From contig CAZKKV010000004.1 in the NCBI GenBank assembly GCA_964553705.1, positions 1-40,292 of the forward strand: a DNA stretch of 40,292 nucleotides, read 5' to 3'. The translations under genes and the position numbers were made by a program. The stretch is from an uncultured Gammaproteobacteria bacterium. Its GTDB lineage: Bacteria > Patescibacteriota > Patescibacteriia > Patescibacteriales > GWC2-42-12. A model generated the notes under the pieces. It saw only the letters and a program-made list of their open reading frames with translations. It was not told the DNA's origin and made no database searches. Below, one piece after another: positions 18,501-27,350 of this stretch; positions within the stretch are counted from its first letter, which is position 1; each line of letters opens with the position of its first letter.

Positions 18501-18740
18501 TTTTACGTCACTCCATTTATTGCCATAAGACAAAAAAGACGCTTCGCTAATGTAAGCTTTTTTTATTCCTTTAGTGTGATCAAGATAAAAAACCGCTAGG
18601 CTATCAGCTGTTTTTACCTGCTTAATGCTAACATCTATACCATTAGCAGCCGTAGCAAAATTAACACCAAAATAACCAACCAAAAATAATACAATGGCAG
18701 ATATCAACAATATTTTTAATGATTTTCTAAATGAAATCAT
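15561..18740 (-). CDS. Large secreted/surface protein with beta-rich repeats and a C-terminal M23 peptidase
   Basis: Signal peptide, acidic Ser-rich beta domains, HSGID, YGH and GPHLHFE. Confidence 0.9.
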   Translation of the reverse strand: MISFRKSLKILLISAIVLFLVGYFGVNFATAANGIDVSIKQVKTADSLAVFYLDHTKGIKKAYISEASFLSYGNKWSDVKIVSQDDLNKWTNAHLVKTKLNPAVYYINSNKKSLITNEEEFNSHGFKWADIITVSDTDLSSYILADFAVAGGNDSSITSDSLLVSYDISESAEQYLSLNTKDNLAATFNFQAGNELVEISSLTINFEGVFNSEVIEKVYLKDSSGIQYGYGVLVNNQSATFNLSSDQLVVSANSEKNVGVYIDLGSSTDDVTYHNFQVIIDNTNSINANVEVSGGFPLEAGTVRLIDGTDILGQIEAQQQSLASDGQTAVIGNTDQLLVKYKISEISSNEDILITKLVFKNYGSIVDSEIINFQLKNKANQSISQTNEMVNGEITFELDNYLIGEDSYDYFEVYGDVVSGEGKTIKLQLYEIKAYGSQNNFGLPSEISNISETISVTREELSVIALEIESNSNVFSQQTGSIIGLFEIRNNNQDITLEDIQVSLTKSSFTPDLTETIYLIDYETGNVISYLNGSGLNSSSVVFGTNELALDSRDEITLVFVTEISESADDGDTYKITINSVTYRASNNEYYSDEVNAAGKTLVISKSDIYIYANNEEEEYNFTNGEEKVKIASFMIESSAGADSVITSLTLAMGNTSGSVTYTNGFSNLKVYLGSKKIGATIKQPYGDSFSFEGFSYKLKAERIVELKVYADIDSNLKVSETQLKVVNLVANEYTSGTASNIHGLNTTSHTATFGELNVELSVLSGGSVSAGEDDNLVSVFRVRNTGDEIIKLKYLTLETYSDAFSHSLGYSDLKIVSNEDEKKIGKKTNPVAGSNKISMGGYKLGIGESANFSIYVDADQDVPTSSFQAYFSELEIQGKSSKIKFTLSIGQSQNVEVAGGVSSYVVDNEDEYNTTSDNDIIDDSLEFIWPVDGDITYGFHDPDYPYADYFEHSGIDIEVDQGTELAVVADGVVISAYDGGDYSYSYITIKHSDSLKTSYGHVSAIYVEVGEQVIQGQIIGLTGGEPGTPGAGTYSNGPHLHFEVLLNNVAVDPEDYLD

Positions 18741-18799
18741 ATATTTGTTTAATATTAGGTAAATTTTTATAATATAAACCTATTTAAATTTAATATATC

Positions 18800-18828
18800 A
18801 ATATAGCACATATCTGAACTTTTGTCAA
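18800..18828 (-). promoter_or_regulatory. sigma70 promoter of the M23 gene
   Basis: TTGACA-17 nt-TATATT with extended -10 TG. Confidence 0.7.
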
Positions 18829-18861
18829 CTAGACCCCCCTTTTTTTTAAAACTACACGAAT

Positions 18862-18897
18862 AAAAAATACGCCTACGTTTAAACGTGGGCGTATTTT
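18862..18897 (-). terminator. Intrinsic terminator
   Basis: AAAATACGCC-TACGTTTAAACGTG-GGCGTATTTT hairpin with a T-run on the minus strand, directly after the 18903 stop. Confidence 0.75.
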
Positions 18898-18902
18898 GTT
18901 TC

Positions 18903-19211
18903 TTAGCGTGGAGATGCACCGAAGATTATATCTTCTCCTCTCAAATCACGAGACGTTTTTTCTACCAGCTCTTCCAGCCATTCACCGGAACGATCTCTTA
19001 TGGGTTGCGCTGATGTTTCCATGATTTTCTGAATCAATTCCTTTGAAAGACGGCCGTCTTCATTCTGCTTCAGCTCTTGTTGAATTTTGTAAATTACGTC
19101 TTCCAGTACGGCTACATCGCACCCCCGAGGACAAAACCCCTTTTCATTTACACGGGCTCCACAATACTTGCATGAACGCCGCATAATAAAACCCATTTCT
19201 TCTTTTTCCAT
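18903..19211 (-). CDS. Small hypothetical protein with putative Zn finger
   Basis: CKYC...CPRGC; strong SD AAGGAGG upstream of the ATG. Confidence 0.7.
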   Translation of the reverse strand: MEKEEMGFIMRRSCKYCGARVNEKGFCPRGCDVAVLEDVIYKIQQELKQNEDGRLSKELIQKIMETSAQPIRDRSGEWLEELVEKTSRDLRGEDIIFGASPR

Positions 19212-19225
19212 CTCACCCTCCTTTT

Positions 19226-20530
19226 TTATCCGTTAAATTTAAATTTTTGGGCTTCTTTTAATGTGCTTTCTTCATTTAATGTCTTCACTTTTCTATCTCT
19301 CATTATCACTTTACCATTGATAATAACATTGTCAACATCCTCGCTGTTGGCGCAATAAACCAAGTGTGAATACGGATTATGAATCGGCAGAAGATGTGGT
19401 TTATTTAAATCTATCGTGATAACATCAGCTTTTTTGCCTGTTTCCAGAGAACCAATCTGGCTATCCAATCCGAGAACTCTTGCGCCATCAATAGTCACCA
19501 TCTCTACGATTTTTTGTGAACTAACCAAAGCTGGATCAAAATTATTTACTTTATGAAGTAAAGCGCAAACACGCATATCAAAAAACAAATCAAGAGTATT
19601 ATTACTGGCGGCACTATCCGTACCTAAACCAACAGTAATGCCTCGGTCCAACATTTTCGGTAAAACCGCTACTCCTGAAGCTAATTTCATATTACTGACT
19701 GGACAGTGATTTACTTTTACTTTTTTTGCTTGAAAAATATTCAAATCATTATCGCTTAACCAAACGCTGTGGCTAGCGTTAACTCTGTCTGACAAAAAAC
19801 CGATTTCTGCCAGATATTCAACCGGCGATTTACCAAATTTTTGCTTGGCTTCTTCTACTTCCTTTTTAGTTTCGCTTATGTGAATATGAAGTGATAAATT
19901 AAATTTGTCAGCTAAATCTTTGGCTCTAAGCAACGTTTCTTTTGAGCAGGTATAAATCGAATGAGGCGCTAGAGCTATCTTGATCAAATTATCGTCTTTG
20001 AATTGCTTAATTAATTTTTCAATCTTTTGCCAAGCTTCTTCTGTGTTTTTATAACTTGGGGCTGGAAAATCAAGTATAGCCTCTCCAAGGACAGCGCGCA
20101 TCCCCGCTTTGCTCGCTATTTTGCCCAGTTCTTCTTCAAAAAAATACATATCATTAAAACAGGTTATTCCTGACTTTATCATTTCTAGACAGGCTAACTC
20201 CGAAGATGATCTGACAAAATTTGGCTTTATGTATTTTGCCTCAGCCGGCCAAATATAATTATTCAGCCATTCATCCAGCGGTAAATCATCAGCTAAACCG
20301 CGAAAATAAACCATAGCAGAATGAGTGTGCGTATTTATCATGCCGGGCATAACAATACCAAAACCAATATCAATTATTTCTTTGGCTGTAAATTTTTTCT
20401 CTATTTCTTCGGCTTTCCCTGTTTCTTTGATTACGTCACCTACTATCACTACCGCGCCATCTTCAATAATTTGCATTTTTTCATTCATCGGCAACAAATA
20501 TTTTCCCTTGATAATCAAATCACAATCCAT
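19226..20530 (-). CDS. mtaD: Amidohydrolase, 5'-methylthioadenosine/S-adenosylhomocysteine deaminase-like
   Basis: PGMINTHTH, GLADDLPL, APHSIY, HISET, SNMKLASG and GTDSAASNN. Confidence 0.85.
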   Translation of the reverse strand: MDCDLIIKGKYLLPMNEKMQIIEDGAVVIVGDVIKETGKAEEIEKKFTAKEIIDIGFGIVMPGMINTHTHSAMVYFRGLADDLPLDEWLNNYIWPAEAKYIKPNFVRSSSELACLEMIKSGITCFNDMYFFEEELGKIASKAGMRAVLGEAILDFPAPSYKNTEEAWQKIEKLIKQFKDDNLIKIALAPHSIYTCSKETLLRAKDLADKFNLSLHIHISETKKEVEEAKQKFGKSPVEYLAEIGFLSDRVNASHSVWLSDNDLNIFQAKKVKVNHCPVSNMKLASGVAVLPKMLDRGITVGLGTDSAASNNTLDLFFDMRVCALLHKVNNFDPALVSSQKIVEMVTIDGARVLGLDSQIGSLETGKKADVITIDLNKPHLLPIHNPYSHLVYCANSEDVDNVIINGKVIMRDRKVKTLNEESTLKEAQKFKFNG

Positions 20531-20556
20531 AGTTTTTTATTAACTTTACTCTCTTC

Positions 20557-20591
20557 TGTCATTCCCGCCCGCCTTGACATCGAGGATGACA
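20557..20591. repeat. Degenerate REP-like palindrome
   Basis: TGTCATTCCCGC...GAGGATGACA, GC-rich within an AT-rich intergenic region. Confidence 0.4.
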
Positions 20592-20599
20592 AGGACGTA

Positions 20600-21679
20600 T
20601 TAACTTAACAATTTATTTATAATATCTCCTATTTTTTTATTAGCATCAGTTTTGATAACTGTTTGAATATTTTTACTCAGCTGGTCACAGAACGACTTGT
20701 TGTCTAACAAATTTTTTATCTCTTTTATCAATTTTTCTGAAGTTAAATCTTTTTGATTTAAAATAATAGCCGCTTTTTTGTCAGCAAATACTTTTGCGTT
20801 ATCTTCCTGATGTGAATCAGGTATAGGAATTAGTATCGCCGACTTGCCAAAATATGATAGCTCAGTCAGCAAACCCATACCACAACGCGAAACCACAACA
20901 TTAGACTGATATAAAGCTTTAGCCATTTTTTCAGCATCCAAAAATTCAAATTGCTGATAATTTTTTACAGAAGATTGAAAATTAATCTTTTTATTTTTAC
21001 CAGTGATATGGATGATTCGGCAAAATCTTGTTAGCTCATCAATACTTTTATAAACCAAAGCATTGATAGCTTGCGATCCTGTTCCTCCACCAACAACCAA
21101 AACAGATGGCAATACGTTATTTTCATCCGTAATTATTCCGCCTCGGCTCGCCGAGAACGAGACGGGTAATTCATAATTTTTAATTATTGTGGGGTTACCA
21201 ACCCAAATCGCTTTTTTGTAATCTTTCAAAGACTTTTCAAAAGTGACAGTAATAATATCAGCAAACAATGCCATCAATTTGTTAGCTAAACCAGCCCTGG
21301 CGTCCTGTTGATGGATCAAAATTTTAATTCCAAACAGCCAACCGGCCCAAACCACTGGCACGCTGACAAAACTGCCGGCGCTTATTATTAAAGCAGGCTT
21401 ATATTTTAAGACTAACCAGGTTGACTGGGAAAAAGCGCCAAAAATTTTAAAAATATCAACAAAATTATTCCAAGAAAAATATCTTCTTAACTTGCCATTC
21501 AAAATTGGTTGAAATTTAATTTTAGCATTTTTAGCCATTGTCTCTTCTGGTCCACTCTTTGTGCCTAATAACAAATAATCATACTCGGACAACTCCTCGG
21601 CTATAGCCAATAAAGGTGTTACTGAACCAGCTGTACCCCCGCCAGTCAAAAAAATTAATTTCTTATTTTTATTATGCAT
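20600..21679 (-). CDS. murG: UDP-GlcNAc:lipid I GlcNAc transferase MurG
   Basis: GGGTAGS, GKLRRYFS, HQQD...GLANK, GNP and HQEDNA. Confidence 0.95.
   Translation of the reverse strand: MHNKNKKLIFLTGGGTAGSVTPLLAIAEELSEYDYLLLGTKSGPEETMAKNAKIKFQPILNGKLRRYFSWNNFVDIFKIFGAFSQSTWLVLKYKPALIISAGSFVSVPVVWAGWLFGIKILIHQQDARAGLANKLMALFADIITVTFEKSLKDYKKAIWVGNPTIIKNYELPVSFSASRGGIITDENNVLPSVLVVGGGTGSQAINALVYKSIDELTRFCRIIHITGKNKKINFQSSVKNYQQFEFLDAEKMAKALYQSNVVVSRCGMGLLTELSYFGKSAILIPIPDSHQEDNAKVFADKKAAIILNQKDLTSEKLIKEIKNLLDNKSFCDQLSKNIQTVIKTDANKKIGDIINKLLS
21137..21166. repeat. 30-bp GC-rich palindromic element inserted in frame in murG
   Basis: TCCGCCTCGGCTCGCCGAGAACGAGACGGG, encoding PVSFSASRGG on the minus strand. 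Confidence 0.6.
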
Positions 21680-21683
21680 AACT

Positions 21684-22820
21684 TTATCTAGTTTGTTTCG
21701 AGATATTAACTACGATTCCCACAGCCGCCAATGTGGCAATCATCGCCGAACCGCCATAGCTGATAAGTGGCAAAGGCACGCCGGTCATCGGCAAAATATT
21801 TATCATACCGCCGATATTTATCAGGGCTTGCAAGGTTATCCAACTAACCAAGCCAACTGTCAACAAACTACCATAATTGTCAGGTGCTTGCCGAGCAATT
21901 AAAAAACCACGATAAAACAATAATATATACAAAATTACTAAAATGCTACTAAATATCAGCCCAGTTTCCTCGCCAACGATTGAAAAGATTGAATCGTTTT
22001 GTACTTCTGGTAAATACATAAACTTTTGTCTGGAAGCGCCTATGCCCCGCCCAATGATTCCACCTGAACCAACGGCAATTAAGGATTGCTTAACTTGATA
22101 ACAGACATCAGTTGCTGAAAAATCTGAATCTACCAAACATCGGAATCTGTTGGCTTGATAATCGTTGTATTGCAACAGAACAGATAAAACAATTGCGCCA
22201 GATAACACAATATAAAGAAGATGTTTTTTGCTACCACCACCGACAAAATAAACAATTAGAGAGATTAAGCCAATTATAGACAGGGTGCCAATATCTGGCT
22301 GTAAAATCATCAAGAAGGCAATCACCCCTAGAACCAGTACAAATGGGCCAATACCTCGAGAAAAATCATGCAACTCGTCTCTACGGCTCTCTAACCAAGC
22401 TGCTAAATAAATCAAGAAAGTTATTTTTACAAACTCGGACGGTTGTAAATGCATAAAACCTAAATCTATCCAACTTCTGGCTGTTCCCCAATCAGCAGCG
22501 ATTCCTGGAATAAAAACCAAAATAAGTAAAAATACGGAAAAAACTAACATAAAAAAAGCGTATTTTCTCCAAAAATGGTAATCTATACGCGAAAAAATCC
22601 AATAAGCAATTATTCCCAAAAAAAGACCAAATATTTGACGTTTTAAAAAATAATAGCTATCTCCATACTTAGTGTAAGACACAACCAAAGAAGCACTAGA
22701 TAGCATAATTAAGCCAAAGACTACAATTGTACTAGTAATAATCACCAATGGCTTATCACCTTCGTGATCTTTCCTACCTTGCGATAATATATTAGTAAAA
22801 AATTCTTTTAGGGTCGCCAT
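21684..22820 (-). CDS. ftsW: SEDS family peptidoglycan glycosyltransferase FtsW
   Basis: ARSWI...QPSEFVK, QPDIGT, LPE..NDSIF and TGVPLPLISYGGS; located between mraY and murG. Confidence 0.95.
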   Translation of the reverse strand: MATLKEFFTNILSQGRKDHEGDKPLVIITSTIVVFGLIMLSSASLVVSYTKYGDSYYFLKRQIFGLFLGIIAYWIFSRIDYHFWRKYAFFMLVFSVFLLILVFIPGIAADWGTARSWIDLGFMHLQPSEFVKITFLIYLAAWLESRRDELHDFSRGIGPFVLVLGVIAFLMILQPDIGTLSIIGLISLIVYFVGGGSKKHLLYIVLSGAIVLSVLLQYNDYQANRFRCLVDSDFSATDVCYQVKQSLIAVGSGGIIGRGIGASRQKFMYLPEVQNDSIFSIVGEETGLIFSSILVILYILLFYRGFLIARQAPDNYGSLLTVGLVSWITLQALINIGGMINILPMTGVPLPLISYGGSAMIATLAAVGIVVNISKQTR

Positions 22821-22830
22821 TATTTTATTT

Positions 22831-23877
22831 TTACATGGTTTTATCTAACAAAAAAACAATCAAACCAATAGCAGTGGATACGCCGGAAATAACCCAGAGT
22901 CTCATAACTATTTTAGTTTCAGACCAGCCAATCGCTTCTAAGTGATGGTGAAAAGGAGCTGACAAAAAAACTTTTTTGCCTCTCATTTTTTTTGATAAAA
23001 CTTGAACGATAACCGATATTGATTCGGCTACAAAGATCAAACCGATAATCGGCAATATCATAACGGAATTTGTTAACATAGCAATAACACCAAGTGTTAC
23101 TCCTAGACTCATAGCGCCAGTGTCCCCCATAAAAAATCTGGCTGGGTTAATATTAAACCAAAGAAACGCCAAAAGTGCACCGGAAATAACCCCGCAAAAA
23201 GTAGCCAAATCATATTTACCGATAGCAAAAGAAATCACTCCATAGGCGCCAAAACTACATAAAAGAATTCCGCCAGCCAATCCGTCAAGACCATCGGTTT
23301 CATTAACGGAAAAAGCTGTTGCTACAATAACAAAAACAAACAAGACAATATATGTCCAACCAAGCTGGAAATCACCGACAAATGGTACGTGGAATAAATC
23401 CCAATCTAATTTAAAATAAAACCACCATGCTCCAACCAGAGCGATTAAAGTATAAAACAATAAGCGGTCTTTAATTTTTAAACCGCCGCCACCCCAAATT
23501 CCTTTTCCGGTTATATCCAGCCAGTCATCAAATAATCCGACCAGGGCAGTAGCCACCAAAGCGCCAAGCGGTAATAATGTTTGGCTTCTGGTAAGAAAAT
23601 TTAAATTTTGAAATATATCAATCGGTAATTTTGATAAATAAAAAAAGACTACAGCAAATATCAAAACCGTCACCCAAACTAATAAACCACCCATGGTTGG
23701 TGTGCCACTTTTTTTACTATGTAATTTTGTAAAAATTGGAGTAACCCCATTACTGCGTATTTTTTTTCCCATTTTATATTTATAGAGAAAATGAGTTAGT
23801 AGTGGCGTCCAAGCCATTGTAAAAACAAAGGCCAATGTACTTAATAATAAAATCTTTGCTAAATAAAAATTTACCAT
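22831..23877 (-). CDS. mraY: Phospho-N-acetylmuramoyl-pentapeptide transferase
   Basis: GTPTMGG, NETDGLDGL, FMGDTG and APFHHHLE. Confidence 0.97.
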   Translation of the reverse strand: MVNFYLAKILLLSTLAFVFTMAWTPLLTHFLYKYKMGKKIRSNGVTPIFTKLHSKKSGTPTMGGLLVWVTVLIFAVVFFYLSKLPIDIFQNLNFLTRSQTLLPLGALVATALVGLFDDWLDITGKGIWGGGGLKIKDRLLFYTLIALVGAWWFYFKLDWDLFHVPFVGDFQLGWTYIVLFVFVIVATAFSVNETDGLDGLAGGILLCSFGAYGVISFAIGKYDLATFCGVISGALLAFLWFNINPARFFMGDTGAMSLGVTLGVIAMLTNSVMILPIIGLIFVAESISVIVQVLSKKMRGKKVFLSAPFHHHLEAIGWSETKIVMRLWVISGVSTAIGLIVFLLDKTM

Positions 23878-23882
23878 AATTT

Positions 23883-24296
23883 TTATCTAAAATTAACTAA
23901 ATAAACCGACATAGTAGCTGCCAATAAAAATAAATTGGCTAGAATTAAAGAAAAAAACAATAAATGATTAATAAATTTATCTTGTTTGCGAATATTTGTC
24001 ACTAAAACAACGTTTAGTATTATAAAAGCTAATCCCAGAAAAGGAATTGTGTAAATTTTACCGGCGCTACCAATTAAATTAACCCCAAAATTTACATTAT
24101 AATGAAGCACCACTAAATCCTGGCTAACAACTTTATTAATGTAATAAACAAAAACCCAATTTAACAAATTAAGAAAAATTAAAATAGCCAAATATACCTT
24201 AACATAGAAAGGTGTAAAAAAATCAGACAACGTGTCAAACGCCTGACTTTTACTTAAATACAAAAAATCTAATATTTTTATATCCTTTATTTTCAT
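23883..24296 (-). CDS. Hypothetical membrane protein (3 TM)
   Basis: VVLHYNVNFGV motif between hydrophobic helices; first gene of the mraY operon. Confidence 0.8.
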   Translation of the reverse strand: MKIKDIKILDFLYLSKSQAFDTLSDFFTPFYVKVYLAILIFLNLLNWVFVYYINKVVSQDLVVLHYNVNFGVNLIGSAGKIYTIPFLGLAFIILNVVLVTNIRKQDKFINHLLFFSLILANLFLLAATMSVYLVNFR

Positions 24297-24353
24297 AACT
24301 ATAATTTACCACATATTTTATTAAAATAAAACTTTTCTTTGTTCATTAAAATG

Positions 24354-24362
24354 TGTTATAAT
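24354..24362 (+). promoter_or_regulatory. Extended -10 promoter of the pil operon
   Basis: TGTTATAAT about 43 nt upstream of pilB. Confidence 0.55.
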
Positions 24363-24404
24363 ATAGCTACCAATTTTTAAAAGAAAAAAAATAAAAATAA
24401 TTCC

Positions 24405-26129
24405 ATGCTTAAAGAAGACCAAATAAAAAAAATATTGGATAAATCTGGAATTCTTCCAGCTGAAGAATTTAATAATTTTTCAGGAGAAGCAAAGAAGCAA
24501 GGCAAAAAACTTGAAGCCTACTTAATTGAAAAAAAAATTATTGTCGCTTCAGCCCTTTATGAAGCAGCCGCAACGTATTATAAAATACCATTCGTCAATC
24601 TAAAAGATCAAGTCATTCGCAAAGACATCCTGCTGAGTATTCCTGAACCACTAGCCTCAACACATGAATTAATTGCTTTTGACAGTGATGACAACAAAAT
24701 AAAAATAGCTACACTGAATCCGGAAGATCTAGAAATTTTTGAATTCATCAAAAAAACTACCAATCTTGAGCCAGAAATTCATATCACTACCCCTGAAGGA
24801 ATTAGAGATGCTTTAAAACAATATCACAAAAGCTTAAAAGCTGAATTCAAAAATTTATCCAGTAAAAACACCGAAATTGAGGGAGATAAAGATTTGAAAA
24901 AACTATCCGAAAATTTACCGGTAGTTAGAGTAGTTGATACTCTCTTGGAATACGCTATTTTTGAAGGTGCCAGCGATATTCATATTGAACCAGAAGAAAA
25001 AATACTGTCAGTTAGATACCGCCTAGACGGCATACTACGAAACGTTATGTCGTTACCAAAGACTCTTCAGCCAGGCGTTATCGCCAGGATAAAAGTTCTT
25101 GCCAATCTTAAAGTGGATGAACACAGACTACCGCAAGATGGACGTTTCAAAATCGCCAACAATGAATACAAAGTATCTTTTCGTGTTTCGATTATCCCAA
25201 TTTTTAACGGAGAAAAAATTGTCATGCGCCTACTCAACGAAAAAGCGCAAGCTCTAACCTTGGAACAGCTAGGCTTTCAGCCTAAAAGTCTCGACATGGT
25301 AAAAAACTGTGTATCTAAACCACATGGGATGATACTAGTAACTGGCCCAACCGGTTCTGGGAAAACCACCACTCTTTATACTATATTAAGCATACTTAAT
25401 AAACCAGACGTAAATATTATTACTATTGAGGATCCGATTGAATATCGCATGGCGCATGTTAATCAATCTCAAGTAAATCCTAAAATTGGCTACACTTTTG
25501 CTTTGGGTTTACGCGCCTTTTTGCGTCAAGATCCAAACATTATTATGGTTGGAGAAATTCGCGATGAAGAAACAGCTGAAATAGCAGTTCATGCCGCCAT
25601 GACCGGGCACTTAGTTCTGTCCACTCTGCATACTAACGATGCCGTAACAACTCTACCTCGCCTATCTGATATGGGAATTCCGTCATTTTTAATCGCCACT
25701 ACTACTAATATTATCATTGCTCAAAGACTTGTTAGAAAAATTTGTCCAAATTGCATCCAAAGCTACAAACTCGATAAAGAAACAATTAAGGAATTACAAA
25801 ATCAGCTAAACGTTGACATACTTTTGGAAACACTACAAAAAGAAAAAGCTATTGCTGATGCTAAAGCTGGTATTGGTTCCCTATTATTTTATCGCGGTAA
25901 AGGATGTAAACAATGCAATAATACAGGTTACAAAGGCCGAATCGGCATTTATGAAACTCTTGAAATTTCCAAAGAAATATCAGAGTTAATTTTGAAAAAA
26001 GCAAATAGCCAAGAAATCATGGAGCAGGCAAAAAAACAAGGTTTGATGCCGATTGTTAATGATGGTTTTATCAAAGCTAAAAACGGCATTACTACTCTCG
26101 AAGAAGTAATGCGAGTAACTAAAGAATAA
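24405..26129 (+). CDS. pilB: Type IV pilus assembly ATPase PilB/GspE
   Basis: ASDIHIEP, PQDGR, GPTGSGKTTT, LRQDP, GHLVLSTLH and Zn motif. Confidence 0.95.
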   Translation: MLKEDQIKKILDKSGILPAEEFNNFSGEAKKQGKKLEAYLIEKKIIVASALYEAAATYYKIPFVNLKDQVIRKDILLSIPEPLASTHELIAFDSDDNKIKIATLNPEDLEIFEFIKKTTNLEPEIHITTPEGIRDALKQYHKSLKAEFKNLSSKNTEIEGDKDLKKLSENLPVVRVVDTLLEYAIFEGASDIHIEPEEKILSVRYRLDGILRNVMSLPKTLQPGVIARIKVLANLKVDEHRLPQDGRFKIANNEYKVSFRVSIIPIFNGEKIVMRLLNEKAQALTLEQLGFQPKSLDMVKNCVSKPHGMILVTGPTGSGKTTTLYTILSILNKPDVNIITIEDPIEYRMAHVNQSQVNPKIGYTFALGLRAFLRQDPNIIMVGEIRDEETAEIAVHAAMTGHLVLSTLHTNDAVTTLPRLSDMGIPSFLIATTTNIIIAQRLVRKICPNCIQSYKLDKETIKELQNQLNVDILLETLQKEKAIADAKAGIGSLLFYRGKGCKQCNNTGYKGRIGIYETLEISKEISELILKKANSQEIMEQAKKQGLMPIVNDGFIKAKNGITTLEEVMRVTKE

Positions 26130-26157
26130 ACTAACAAGTTAATAAATCTGTAGATAT

Positions 26158-27333
26158 ATGGTCGTACGCCTAGAAGAATTAAATAAAGAAATCAAAGCAA
26201 GCGAGAATAAACAGCTTAAAGAAAATAAACCAGAAATTTCATCTGATGAAAAAAAATCTTTCCTAAAAAAAACGAATGATTTTTTATTGCGTTTTTCTAG
26301 AATCCCGCTTTCTGAAAAATTATTTTTTGTTCAAAATTTAGGTATCATGCTTAAAGCTGGTATAGCTTTGTCTATTTCTTTAAAAACATTGTCAAGGCAA
26401 ACTGACAATAAAAGATTTGCCAAAATAATTGAAGACATATCCGCCAATGTCGAGAAAGGCACGAGTTTCACGGAAAGTTTAAAGCCACATGAAAATATTT
26501 TTGGAGTTCTATTTGTTAATATGATTGAATCTGGCGAAGTTTCAGGAAAGCTTGAAGATGTTTTAGCTCAGCTGTATATCCAGCTGAAAAAAAATCACGA
26601 ATTAATTTCAAAAGTTAAAGGAGCGCTTACTTACCCACTTGTCATATTAGTAGCTATGATCGGCATCGGCACTTTCATGATGGTCTCTATTGTGCCAAAA
26701 ATAACAGATATGTTCAGAGATCTTGACGCTGAATTGCCCATGGCAACAAAAATGATAATCGGCTTAAGCGACGCTCTGGTTAAACATGGGATTTTAGCTT
26801 CCGTCACTCTGATTCTTATTGTTCTATTACTTATCCAAATATACAAAACAAATAAGGGTAAATATTTTTTTCATAATATTCTTTTAAAATTACCTATCCT
26901 TGGACCGATTGTTAAAAAAATTAACATTGCAAAATTTTCTCGTACAGTTAGTTCTCTTTTAAAAACAGATATTATGATTGTAAAAACTTTTGAAATAACG
27001 GCTGGTGTTTTAGGCAATGTCTATTATCGTAAAGCTTTAAATGAAATGAGTGAAAAAGTCCAAAAAGGCGGTTCAATTTATGAAATAATTTCAAATTATC
27101 AAAATCTATTTCCTCCAGTTGTAGTGCAGATGATATCTGTCGGCGAAGAAACTGGCGAACTGGCTTATATTCTTGAAGAATTGGCGCAATTCTATGAAGG
27201 CGAAGTCGATGAAATAATGAATAGTTTGCCATCAATAATCGAGCCCATACTAATTTTGGTACTAGGATCAGCTGTCGGTGTAATGGCCGTAGCAATAATG
27301 ATGCCTATGTACAGCATCGGTTCCGCAATTTAA
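26158..27333 (+). CDS. pilC: Type IV pilus platform protein PilC/GspF
   Basis: GEVSGKL...ALTYP and GEETGEL...IEP. Confidence 0.95.
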   Translation: MVVRLEELNKEIKASENKQLKENKPEISSDEKKSFLKKTNDFLLRFSRIPLSEKLFFVQNLGIMLKAGIALSISLKTLSRQTDNKRFAKIIEDISANVEKGTSFTESLKPHENIFGVLFVNMIESGEVSGKLEDVLAQLYIQLKKNHELISKVKGALTYPLVILVAMIGIGTFMMVSIVPKITDMFRDLDAELPMATKMIIGLSDALVKHGILASVTLILIVLLLIQIYKTNKGKYFFHNILLKLPILGPIVKKINIAKFSRTVSSLLKTDIMIVKTFEITAGVLGNVYYRKALNEMSEKVQKGGSIYEIISNYQNLFPPVVVQMISVGEETGELAYILEELAQFYEGEVDEIMNSLPSIIEPILILVLGSAVGVMAVAIMMPMYSIGSAI

Positions 27334-27350
27334 TTATTCTATAAATTTTT

